From Gemmatimonadales bacterium (GTDB taxonomy: Bacteria; Gemmatimonadota; Gemmatimonadetes; Gemmatimonadales; GWC2-71-9), in NCBI GenBank assembly GCA_041577295.1, contig JBFGJG010000031.1, forward strand, positions 1 through 52,925: 52,925 nucleotides of DNA, given 5' to 3'. Under the pieces are notes generated by a model. That model made no database searches. It saw only the letters and a program-made list of their open reading frames with translations, and was not told where the DNA came from. The position numbers were made by a program, and so were the translations under genes. Shown here one piece after another: positions 41,071 through 50,900 of the stretch. Each line of letters starts with the position of its first letter. Position 1 is the first letter of the stretch.

Positions 41071-43326
41071 ATGTCACGCATCACCCTCCATTTCGCCGCC
41101 GTCGCCGCCTTGGCCGTCGCAGGCCTCGCAGCGACGCCGGGGGCACTGAACGACGGCCCGATCCTGGGGTTTACCGCCGAGGGTAGTCAACAACAGCGCG
41201 CCTTGGAGGCGCGATTCGATAGCCACCTGAACGCGAATCAGCTGAGTGAGTGGAACAAGCAGCTCTCGTCGCGGCCGAATCATGTGGGTGCACCACACAC
41301 GCGCCAAAACGCGGAGTGGATGGCATTCCAGTTTCGCGAGTGGGGCTATCGGGTCAGCATTGACACGTTTCAGGTGCTCTTTCCGACGCCTGTGACACGC
41401 GTCTTAGAACTGGTCGAGCCCTACAAGCTTTCGGTCCCGCTCGACGAACCGGTCCTTCGACAAGATGCCACCTCGCGGATCACCGAGGGTCGGTTACCGC
41501 CGTACAACGCCTACTCGGCAGACGGAGATGTCACCGGCGAGCTGGTCTACGTGAACTACGGCGTTCCAAAGGACTACGAGGAGTTGGAGCGGCGGGGAAT
41601 CAGCGTCGAGGGCAAGATCGTAATTGCGCGCTACGGGGGTTCGTGGCGGGGCATCAAACCCAAAGTCGCAGCAGAGCACGGAGCGATCGGATGCATCCTG
41701 TACTCCGATCCTCGGGACGACGGGTTTTGGCAGGGCGACGTGTATCCTGCCGGGGCCTGGCGGATGGAGCAAGGCGCGCAACGCGGCTCGGTAGCCGACA
41801 TGCCGACCTATCCAGGCGATCCGCTCACCCCGTTCGTGGGTGCGAAGGCCAACGCCGAGCGCATGCCGCGCGAGGAATCGCCGACCATCATGAAGATCCC
41901 CGTCCTGCCCATCTCCTACGCTGCCGCACAGCCGCTGCTCGAAGCCATCACGGGTCCGGTGGCGCCCGAATCGTGGCGGGGCGCACTCCCCATCACCTAC
42001 CACATCGGCCCCGGACCCGCTACGGTCCGTCTCCATCTGAAATTCAGTTGGGATCTTCAGCCTGCGTACGACGTAATCGCCCGGCTCGAGGGATCGACCT
42101 ATCCCGATGAGTGGATCATGCGGGGCAACCATCACGACGCGTGGGTGTTTGGCGCCGCCGACCCCATCAGCGGTCTCGTGGCGCTCCTCGGTGAAGCTCG
42201 CAGCGTCGGCCGCCTCGCTGCCACCGGATGGAAGCCCAAGCGCACCATTGTCTACGCAGCGTGGGACGCCGAGGAACCGGGGCTGTTGGGATCGACCGAG
42301 TGGGCCGAGCACCACGCCAAGGAGTTGAACGCCAAACTTGCGGTCTACATCAACACGGACGGGAACAGCCGTGGCTTTCTGTCCGCTGGGGGCTCGCACT
42401 CACTCGAGCGGTTCGTCAACCAGGTCGCACGGGATGTGATCGATCCCCAGACCAACGTTTCAGTTGCGGAGCGCCTCCGCGCCCGCCGCGCTGTCCACCA
42501 TCACGAGGTCAGCGCGGACGACGACCTCTCCATCTCACCCTTGGGCTCCGGCTCGGACTACACTCCCTTTCTCCAGCACCTCGGAATCGCGTCGTTGAAT
42601 GTGAGTTTTGGGGGCGAGGGAGATGGAGGATCGTATCACTCCGTCTTCGACTCTTTCGATCACTACTCGAAGTTCCGGGATCCCGGATTCGCGTACGGCG
42701 TGACGTTAGCCAAGACCGCTGGCCGCATGACGCTGCGTCTGGCCAACGCGGACGTGCTGCCGTTTCGATTCACGAACTTGGCGGCCCACATCGCGCGCTA
42801 CCTTGACGAAGTCACCACCCTGGTGGACGAGATGCGGAAGGATACTGAACGGCACAACGCCATGGTTCGGGATCGTTCGTTCGCGCTGGCCGCCGATCCG
42901 AAGGAGCCGTTTGTCGAGCCCAAGGCAAAAGATCCCGTCCCACATCTCAACTTCGCGCCGGTGCGCAACGCGCTCTCGGAGCTCGAGCGGTCGGTCCGAA
43001 GGTACGATGACGCGTTGAGCGAGCGGATGGCTGCAGGGGGGGTAGCAGCCGAGCGGGCCCAGCAGCTGGGTCAGATCCTCATCCAGTCCGAACGGGTCCT
43101 GACCAACGAGAGCGGGCTACCTCGGCGCCCGTGGTTCCGGCACACCATCTATGCGCCCGGCTACTACACGGGGTATGGGGTCAAGACGCTTCCCGGAATA
43201 CGCGAAGCCATTGAACAGGGGCATTGGGAGGAGTACTACGACCAGATGCAAAAGCTCACAGCAGCCCTAAGCCGCCTCACAGGCACACTCGATCGAGCAA
43301 CGGCTGCACTCGGCAACGGTGGCTGA
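41071..43326 (+). CDS. M28 glutamate carboxypeptidase II-like peptidase (PA and TfR-dimerisation domains)
   Basis: GNHHDAW, GAADP.SG, WDAEEPG, YINTD, GSGSDY, YHS; PWFRH in the C-terminal domain. Confidence 0.92.
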   Translation: MSRITLHFAAVAALAVAGLAATPGALNDGPILGFTAEGSQQQRALEARFDSHLNANQLSEWNKQLSSRPNHVGAPHTRQNAEWMAFQFREWGYRVSIDTFQVLFPTPVTRVLELVEPYKLSVPLDEPVLRQDATSRITEGRLPPYNAYSADGDVTGELVYVNYGVPKDYEELERRGISVEGKIVIARYGGSWRGIKPKVAAEHGAIGCILYSDPRDDGFWQGDVYPAGAWRMEQGAQRGSVADMPTYPGDPLTPFVGAKANAERMPREESPTIMKIPVLPISYAAAQPLLEAITGPVAPESWRGALPITYHIGPGPATVRLHLKFSWDLQPAYDVIARLEGSTYPDEWIMRGNHHDAWVFGAADPISGLVALLGEARSVGRLAATGWKPKRTIVYAAWDAEEPGLLGSTEWAEHHAKELNAKLAVYINTDGNSRGFLSAGGSHSLERFVNQVARDVIDPQTNVSVAERLRARRAVHHHEVSADDDLSISPLGSGSDYTPFLQHLGIASLNVSFGGEGDGGSYHSVFDSFDHYSKFRDPGFAYGVTLAKTAGRMTLRLANADVLPFRFTNLAAHIARYLDEVTTLVDEMRKDTERHNAMVRDRSFALAADPKEPFVEPKAKDPVPHLNFAPVRNALSELERSVRRYDDALSERMAAGGVAAERAQQLGQILIQSERVLTNESGLPRRPWFRHTIYAPGYYTGYGVKTLPGIREAIEQGHWEEYYDQMQKLTAALSRLTGTLDRATAALGNGG

Positions 43327-43331
43327 AAGTC

Positions 43332-43358
43332 GACGGGCCTCTTCGATGGAGGCCCGTC
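43332..43358. terminator. Hairpin between the convergent M28 and pilB-like genes
   Basis: GACGGGCCTC-loop-GAGGCCCGTC. Confidence 0.6.
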
Positions 43359-43366
43359 AGTTGCAC

Positions 43367-45736
43367 TCACCCTGAGGTCGATTTTACTGACTGCCGCCGC
43401 CGTCTCACGAGTGCTCGAAGACGGGCGGACAGCGTGCTGCTCCGGAACGGCTTAGGTACGAAGCCATCCGCATCGAGCGAAAACACTCTGAGCTCGCTGT
43501 CCTCATCCTGCCGAGCGGACAGCACCACGATTGGGATCGTGGCGGTGGATGGGCGCGACCGCAGATCCGCCAGCACCTGGAATCCATCACGCCGGGGTAG
43601 GTTCAGGTCGAGCAGGATGACGTCTGGCGCGTCACGATCGATCGACTCGAGCGCTTCCACACCGTCCCGTGCCTCGGCAACCTGCCACCCATCCGCCTTG
43701 AGAATGTGCCCCACAACCGCCCGCAGGTTATCCTCATCTTCCACCACGAGCACCCGGTAGTTTCCACCTTCCTCGCCGTGTGCCGGCTCGAGGAGTTCGA
43801 AATCGAGATCAACCTGTTTCTGCGCCAGCAAGTCTGGGCCGCCTGGCCATCCCAACGGTGACGCCATGGGTGGATACCCAGGAACCTGCGGGAAGTATGG
43901 CACGCCCATCCGCTCTACGAGTCCGGGGTAAGGGTACCCGGGATGCGGTGGGGCAGCGGTCGCCTGATTATTTCCGTTGGCGTCCTTGTCCTTACCGGAT
44001 TCCGCTCGGGGGGCCTCATGCGCGTCGCTGCGCCGGGAGTCCGAGCCCTCTGTGGGCTGGGGGCTTCCCACGACTCGCAGGAGCTCGTCGAGTGAGGACC
44101 GCCCGGCCAACACGTGTGCGAGACCGCTCTCCCATAGCGACCGCATTCCAGCGGTTCGGGCGGCCTCGCCGATGCGATCGGCGGGTTGGCCGGCGGAAAT
44201 GCGGTGCTCGATCTCGCCGCTCACCCGCAGGATCTCGACGACGGCGAAGCGACCGCGATACCCGGTCATCGCGCACTCAGGGCAACCAACCGGGCGATAC
44301 AGTTTCGATTCGGGCCCGACCCACGGCTCGAGGTGTTCCGGCAAGGGGTCGGTCCATGGCTGCTTGCAGGCCTGACAGAGTTGGCGCATGAGCCGCTGCG
44401 CGATGACGCCACGCAACGCAGTGCCAATTTTGTATGGCTCGACTCCGATATCCATCAGACGGGTGACCGCCCCGGCTGCGTCGTTCGTGTGCAACGTTGT
44501 GAGCACGAGGTGGCCGGTGAGCGAGGCCTGCACGGCGATCTGCGCCGTTTCCCGGTCACGGACCTCGCCGACGAGCACCACGTCCGGGTCTTGCCGCAGG
44601 ATTGACCGCAAGGCCGAGGCGAATGTCAGATTTGCTTTTTCATGGACCTGGACCTGAACGATGCCTTTCATCCGGTATTCCACCGGATCCTCGACCGTGA
44701 CGATGTTCACGCCTTCGCTTTGGACATACCGGATGGCCGAGTACAAGGTGGTCGTCTTTCCCGATCCCGTCGGGCCCGTGACGAGGACGACACCGTCGCG
44801 ATGTTCGAGCAGGTCTTCGATGGCTGTGCGTTCTTCAGGAGCAAAGCCGAGGGACGACAACTCCAGCTCTGTCGCGGACGAGTCGAGTATCCGGATGACG
44901 ACTTTCTCGCCTCCGGCGGCTGGCAGGGTCGACACACGGAGGTCCACCGGCACGCCGTTGACCGCTACACGCGCTCGGCCGTCTTGCGGACGGAGCCGAT
45001 CTGCGATGTCCAATCCCGACATGATCTTGATGCGGGAAATGAGCGGCAACCCGACGCTCCGTGGTATGGACATGACCTGACGGAGGACGCCGTCGATGCG
45101 GTAACGAACCGCGACCCCCTCGCGCTCGGGCTCAATGTGTATATCGCTTGCGCGGGAGCCAATCCCCTCCGAAAGGATCAGATCGACCATGCGGATCACG
45201 GGACGCTCGGAGGCCTCCTGCTGCGACACGGTCAGCTCGTCGGGATCCTCGTCCTCAATCTGGGTGATCTCGGCGGTCGAATGGATGCCGTCGATGATCT
45301 CCTCGAGCACGTTTTCCGGCCGATAGTACTCCTTGAGCTTCTTTGCGATGGCGGAGGGACTTGCCAGCTGCATGCGAATCTGGCGGCTAGTCGCGAAGCC
45401 CAACGTCTTTTCGCAATCCAGATCGAAGGGATTGGACGTCGCAACCTCGAGGAAATCTTCGCTTGCCCGTAGGGGGACAATGGAATAGCGGAAGGCGACC
45501 TGATCAGGAATCAGTGAGCGCGCCAGCTTCTCCGCCTGCGACAGGTCGGCCACCTTGAGACCGAGCCGCTCGGCCAGTGTGGCGAGCAGCTGGTCGTCGG
45601 AGACGAGGCCTTCGGAGACAACTGCCTCCCATAGCGTGTCCGGCCGGTCTTCAACACTCCGGAGTTCGTTCAGCTTTTCCACTCCGACAAACTGCTGTAC
45701 CGTCGGAACCAGCCATTCGTCTTTGAAGAACCTCAC
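43367..45736 (-). CDS. GspE/PilB-family assembly ATPase fused to a C-terminal response-regulator receiver domain
   Basis: ASDIHIEP, PQDGR, GPTGSGKTTT, EDPVE, LRQDPDV..VGEVRD, TGHLVLTTLH, CxxC/CxxC zinc motif; REC VLVVEDE...LLDLNLP...KPF; GTG start 45736. Confidence 0.9.
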   Translation of the reverse strand: MRFFKDEWLVPTVQQFVGVEKLNELRSVEDRPDTLWEAVVSEGLVSDDQLLATLAERLGLKVADLSQAEKLARSLIPDQVAFRYSIVPLRASEDFLEVATSNPFDLDCEKTLGFATSRQIRMQLASPSAIAKKLKEYYRPENVLEEIIDGIHSTAEITQIEDEDPDELTVSQQEASERPVIRMVDLILSEGIGSRASDIHIEPEREGVAVRYRIDGVLRQVMSIPRSVGLPLISRIKIMSGLDIADRLRPQDGRARVAVNGVPVDLRVSTLPAAGGEKVVIRILDSSATELELSSLGFAPEERTAIEDLLEHRDGVVLVTGPTGSGKTTTLYSAIRYVQSEGVNIVTVEDPVEYRMKGIVQVQVHEKANLTFASALRSILRQDPDVVLVGEVRDRETAQIAVQASLTGHLVLTTLHTNDAAGAVTRLMDIGVEPYKIGTALRGVIAQRLMRQLCQACKQPWTDPLPEHLEPWVGPESKLYRPVGCPECAMTGYRGRFAVVEILRVSGEIEHRISAGQPADRIGEAARTAGMRSLWESGLAHVLAGRSSLDELLRVVGSPQPTEGSDSRRSDAHEAPRAESGKDKDANGNNQATAAPPHPGYPYPGLVERMGVPYFPQVPGYPPMASPLGWPGGPDLLAQKQVDLDFELLEPAHGEEGGNYRVLVVEDEDNLRAVVGHILKADGWQVAEARDGVEALESIDRDAPDVILLDLNLPRRDGFQVLADLRSRPSTATIPIVVLSARQDEDSELRVFSLDADGFVPKPFRSSTLSARLRALVRRRRQSVKSTSG

Positions 45737-45810
45737 GTGCCCCCTCCCTCCGCTGGGAAAGGCGTTTGTAATCGATATGGAGACCAACTGATGGTGTTCA
45801 TCCTGGGTGG

Positions 45811-45826
45811 CGCAATGCCTGTGCCA
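45811..45826 (-). promoter_or_regulatory. Sigma54 (-24/-12) promoter for the pilB-like gene
   Basis: TGGCACAGGCATTGCG matches TGGCAC-N5-TTGC with correct GG-N10-GC spacing, 75 nt upstream of the start. Confidence 0.7.
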
Positions 45827-46027
45827 TAGTATGGTCCCGCCGAATCACCCCTTTTTGTGATGCAGATCACCGGTATGCCGCGAAAATCGTGCGCCTTCTG
45901 CACCGGCCGTCGATCCCGGGCGAAGAGATCCTGACTTTCTGCAAGACGGTCCCAGCGGACCGTTCGATCCGGCAGGGGCACAACCCTTGCGCCCTGTCGC
46001 CGCGGCAATCGTGGAAAGGCAGCCGGG

Positions 46028-47830
46028 ATGGCGACTCCCCTCCCCTCGCATCCGTCGAACCCGGAACCGTCGTTCGCACAGCAACTGCCCACCTCCGGCG
46101 CGCTGGCGATCAAACGGGGTTTCGACCGCTATACCAAGGCATTCTTCGAGATCACGGGACGGGCGCGTATCCGCTTCGAGCAGGGCGACTGGTCCGGGAT
46201 GCAAGCGGACGCCAAAGAGCGGCTGGCCCTGTACCGGCGGATCCTCGATTCGCTCATCGGGGAGGTGAAGGCTCTGCTCGGACCAGATCTCCGGAACCCG
46301 GAAGTCTGGGCCTCGATGCGAGATGTCTACTCGGGCGTGATCGCTGGAGATCCGACCCTCGAGCTCGCGGAGACGTTCTTCAATTCGGTCACCCGACGGA
46401 TCTTCACCACGGTCGGTGTGAACCCCGCGATCGAGTATGTGGACTTCGAGTTCGAGCGCGTGACCGTCGGCATCGGCGACCGGCCGTACCGAACCCACGT
46501 GAAGAACGGGTCCACTGCGAGCCTGGTTCGAGCGGTGTTGACGGACTACCCCTTTGGGGTGGGGTACAGAGATCTGGACGGTGACAGCGCGCTGGCTGCC
46601 GCTCGAATCGAATCTCGCTGGGCCGAAGGGGTAGCACCGGTGCCGGTCGAAGCGATCGACATGCTCAGGCCGGTCTTCTACCGGCGAAAGGGCGCGTACC
46701 TCATTGGGCGAGTGCGTGGTGGCAATCGCATCATGCCGCTCGCGCTGGCCCTCGTGCGCACCGACGACGGCATCGAGCTCGATGCGGCGCTCGTATCGGA
46801 AGAGGATGTGAGCATCGCGTTCAGCTTCACGCGCTCATACTTCCACGCAGCCGCGCGCTCGCCTTCCGAGGTCATTCAGTTCCTCCGCTCCCTGATGCCT
46901 CGTAAACCCATCGCCGAACTCTACGCCGCACTCGGCCATAATAAACACGGCAAGACCGAGTTCTATCGCAGCCTCCGGCAGCACGTGGCACACACGGATG
47001 ATCGATTCGTCTTCGCGCCCGGCGCGAAGGGGCTCGTGATGATCGTGTTCACCATGCCGTCCTACGACGTCGTGTTCAAGATCATCCGTGATCGGTTCTG
47101 CTACCCGAAGCAAACGACCCGTGAGGAGGTCCGCCGACGCTACCAACTGGTTTTCGAGCACGACCGAGCCGGCCGTCTCGTGGATGCGCAAGAGTTCGAG
47201 CATTTGGCGTTCGCGAAACATCTATTCGCACCAGACCTGCTCGACGAGTTGCTGCACAGCGCGTCGAACACGGTGTCCGTCGAAGGAAATCGCGTGGTGA
47301 TCAAGCATCTCTACACCGAGCGCCGCGTTCGACCGCTCAACCTGTATCTGCGCGACGCTGATCCTGCCGCGGCCGAGCGAGCGGTGGTGGATTACGGTCA
47401 GGCCATCCGCGATCTGGCGATGACCAACGTGTTTCCGGGTGATCTCCTGCTCAAGAACTTCGGCGTCACCCGTCACGGAAGAGTGATTTTCTACGATTAC
47501 GACGAGCTCTGTCTCCTCAGCGAATGTCAATTCCGTCGCCTCCCTGAGCCGCGAACTCTCGAGGACGAGCTCGCCGCGGAGCCGTGGTTCCATGTCGGGC
47601 CCAACGACGTCTTCCCCGAAGAGTTCATCAAGTTCCTCGAGTTTTCCGGTCCCGTGCGGGACGCGTTTTTGCGCTCCCACTCGTGTCTTATGAGCGCTGA
47701 ATTCTGGACCGGGCTGCAGAATCATCACGCAGACGGCCGCGTGTTGGATGTCTTCCCCTACCCTGGGGGCAAACGCCTACGCCCACCTTCGCCATCACGT
47801 GAGACGAACGTGCCCGCCGAGGACCCCTAA
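46028..47830 (+). CDS. aceK: Isocitrate dehydrogenase kinase/phosphatase
   Basis: ELAETFFNSV, FSFTRSYF, KHGKTEFYR, APGAKGLVM.VF, VFKIIRD, DRAGRLVDAQEF, FPGDLLLKNFGVTRHGRVIFYDYDE. Confidence 0.95.
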   Translation: MATPLPSHPSNPEPSFAQQLPTSGALAIKRGFDRYTKAFFEITGRARIRFEQGDWSGMQADAKERLALYRRILDSLIGEVKALLGPDLRNPEVWASMRDVYSGVIAGDPTLELAETFFNSVTRRIFTTVGVNPAIEYVDFEFERVTVGIGDRPYRTHVKNGSTASLVRAVLTDYPFGVGYRDLDGDSALAAARIESRWAEGVAPVPVEAIDMLRPVFYRRKGAYLIGRVRGGNRIMPLALALVRTDDGIELDAALVSEEDVSIAFSFTRSYFHAAARSPSEVIQFLRSLMPRKPIAELYAALGHNKHGKTEFYRSLRQHVAHTDDRFVFAPGAKGLVMIVFTMPSYDVVFKIIRDRFCYPKQTTREEVRRRYQLVFEHDRAGRLVDAQEFEHLAFAKHLFAPDLLDELLHSASNTVSVEGNRVVIKHLYTERRVRPLNLYLRDADPAAAERAVVDYGQAIRDLAMTNVFPGDLLLKNFGVTRHGRVIFYDYDELCLLSECQFRRLPEPRTLEDELAAEPWFHVGPNDVFPEEFIKFLEFSGPVRDAFLRSHSCLMSAEFWTGLQNHHADGRVLDVFPYPGGKRLRPPSPSRETNVPAEDP

Positions 47831-47971
47831 GTCAGCTAAGCCACGTCAGTTGGAGGCGCCGTCATCCCTCAGGTGTAGGCTCGCCGCAACGCACCCACCG
47901 GTATTTCGCCGCCCGGCACCCCTCAACGGCCCCTCATCCCGGGCACAGATCTTCCTTGGAGGTGGGTGGCT

Positions 47972-50900
47972 TTGACATCGAGATCTCGAGGAACACCGTT
48001 GCGTTCGTCCGAACAGCCCGCCACGCGCCGCGCCAGGGTCCGAGACGAGTCCATCCCATCGTCCGCGACCCGCGCGCTGACCGTGCTCCTCGTCGTGACC
48101 CTCGCCACCGTTCGGTGCGGCAGCGATGCCCGGACCGGTCCGAGCGACCCGGTGTCACGACTCGAGGTTTCAGCATCGACCACCGGCGAAGACCTCGATC
48201 CCAACGGCTATACGGCCACGCTAGATGGCAGCTCGAGCCAATCGATCCCGATCAACGGGTCGGTGACCTTCTCCAATCTCTCGGCCGGCAGTCACACCGT
48301 AGCACTGAGCGATGTCGCAGGGAACTGTACCGTCCAGGGTGACCATCCTCGCACGGTCGTCGTGCAGGCAGGCCTCAAAAGCGCGGCGACGATCAGCGTC
48401 ACGTGCTCACCGTTGATCGGGAACCTCGCGGTCAGTGTGGCGACGACGGGAACGGACATCGACGCGAACGGATATACGGTGTCGGTGACCGAGGTCGCTG
48501 CCACGGCGGCCGCACTGTCCGACACCATTAGCGGGGTCTCTGCGCGCGATTCTTCGTTTGGTGAGCCCCCCGACAGCATCGGCCAGGGCGAGGCCGAGGC
48601 GGCCAGTGCCACCGAGGCCGCTGCCCCCGCGACGGAAGTTCAGCGCGTTCCGTCCAACGGCGAGGTGACGTTCGAGGGTCTGCCCGACGGAGCTCACTCG
48701 GTGACGTTGGGTGACATCGCCGTCAACTGCTCGGTCGTGGCCACAATGCCGGTTACGGTGGACGTGCTGCCCAACGAGACCGCTTCGCTTCACATCGAAG
48801 TCGAGTGCGAGCAACTGGTCGGCGCGCTGAGAGTCAACATCGCAACGACAGGTGAAGATCTCGACCCGGACGGCTACTTCCTGACGCTCGACGACTCCGT
48901 GGTCGAATCTGTAGACATCGATGACAATGTCGTGTTCGCGGGATTGGACGAGGGCCTGCACACGGTAGAGCTCACCGGTCTCGCGGAAAACTGCACCGTG
49001 GTCGGTGAGAACCGGCGCACGATCGACGTACCGCTGGACGGCTCAGCGTCCACGAGCTTTGCCGTCACCTGCATGAGCCTCGGCAGCGGCCTCACCGTAG
49101 AAGTGTCCACCACCGGCAGCGCGCTCGATCCCGACGGCTACACGTTGACGGTCAACGATACGCTGTCGCGTGCGGTGCCGGTGAACGGGAGTGTGACGTT
49201 CTTCAACCTCGCCGATGGCACGCACACGGTTCGCCTCTCCGGCGTTGCCAACAATTGCACGCTCTCGGGAACTAATCCGCGAACCGTCCGTCTGCCCCGG
49301 GTGCTCCCCGTGCGATTCGAGATTGCCTGCTCTGAGCGTACCGGGAACCTCACCGTGAGCGTAGCGACCTCGGGAGACGACCCCGACCCCGATGGTTACG
49401 AGATCATCGTTGACGCAACCCACAACGAGGCGATTGGACAGAACGAGTCTGTCACCTTTGCGGACCTTGCGGAAGGCGACCACAGCATCGAGCTCGTCGA
49501 TCTGGCTGACAATTGCCAGGTGAGCGAGAGCAATCCGCAGAGCGCATCCATCGCGTTTGGTGAGACCACGAACATCGCGTTCACCATCACCTGCGAGCCG
49601 CGCGTCTCCGACCTGGTCGTCACCACCACGACGGCTGGCGACGACCTCGACCCCGACGGCTACACCGTAACGGCCGACGGCACTGACAGCCGAGCGATCG
49701 AAGCCAACGGCAGCGTGACGTTTGAAGCGCTTCCCGAGGGCGATCACATCGTGGAGCTGAGCGGCATCGCGGCGAACTGCACGGCGGCGGATGCAAACTC
49801 CGCCACGGTGAGCGTGGTGTTCGGCACCGTCTCCACGCACGGGTTCCAGATCGACTGCATCACCCGGACCGGGACGCTCGAGGTGAGCGTGACGACGACC
49901 GGCATCGACCCCGATGCGAACGGCTACACGATCACGAGCGACGGGACTGACGTCGGGACGGTGGACGCGACCGGCACCGTTGCCATTGACGGTCTGACCG
50001 AGGGCGATCATCAGATCGCTCTGACGGACGTCGCAGGCAACTGCACCGTGACCAGCACCAACCCCGTTACGGTTACCGTGCCGTATGCCGACACGGTTGC
50101 GACGAGCTACACGGTGGACTGCGTGCAGCGGTTGGGGGACCTCCAGATTACGACCTCAACCACCGGCGAGGACATCGATCCCGATGGCTTCACCCTCTCG
50201 ATCGACGGGGTCGACCACGGGGCGGTGACGGTCACCGACACCATCGTCGTCACCGGTCTCACAGAAGGTGATCACACGGTGGAGCTCGCCGGCATCGCCG
50301 ACAACTGCACCGTGAGCGGTACGAACCCACGCACGGCGACCGTTCCGTACGCAGCCACAGGATCGGCGAATTTCACGATCCGATGCGAAGACCGGGTGGG
50401 AGTACTCGAGCTGATGGTGCTCACGACGGGTACCGATCGGGATCTCAACGGGTACACCGTCTCGATTGACGACGGAGCCCGCACCCGCACGATTGCCAGC
50501 AACGATACGATCTACGTCGGCAACTTGGCCGAAGGCGATCACACAGTGCAGCTGGATGAGGTGGCCAACAACTGCACCGTATCCAACAACAACGACAACA
50601 GTGTCACCGTCGCGTACGCCGACACGGTTAGCCTCAGTCTCACAGTGGACTGTGCTGAACGGCTTGGATCCATCGAGGTCACGACCGTCACGACGGGTGT
50701 CGATCTCGACACGGCGTACACGATCGCGGTGGACGGGACCAACGGTCAGACCGCCGGCCCAAACGACACGGTCTTGTTCGCAGATTTGGACGCGGGCACA
50801 CACATCATCGAGATCACCGGTATCGCCGGCAATTGTACCCTCACGGGCGAGCGGTTCCTGGCCGTCACCGTCGCGTTCCAGGACACGACACGGCACACGT

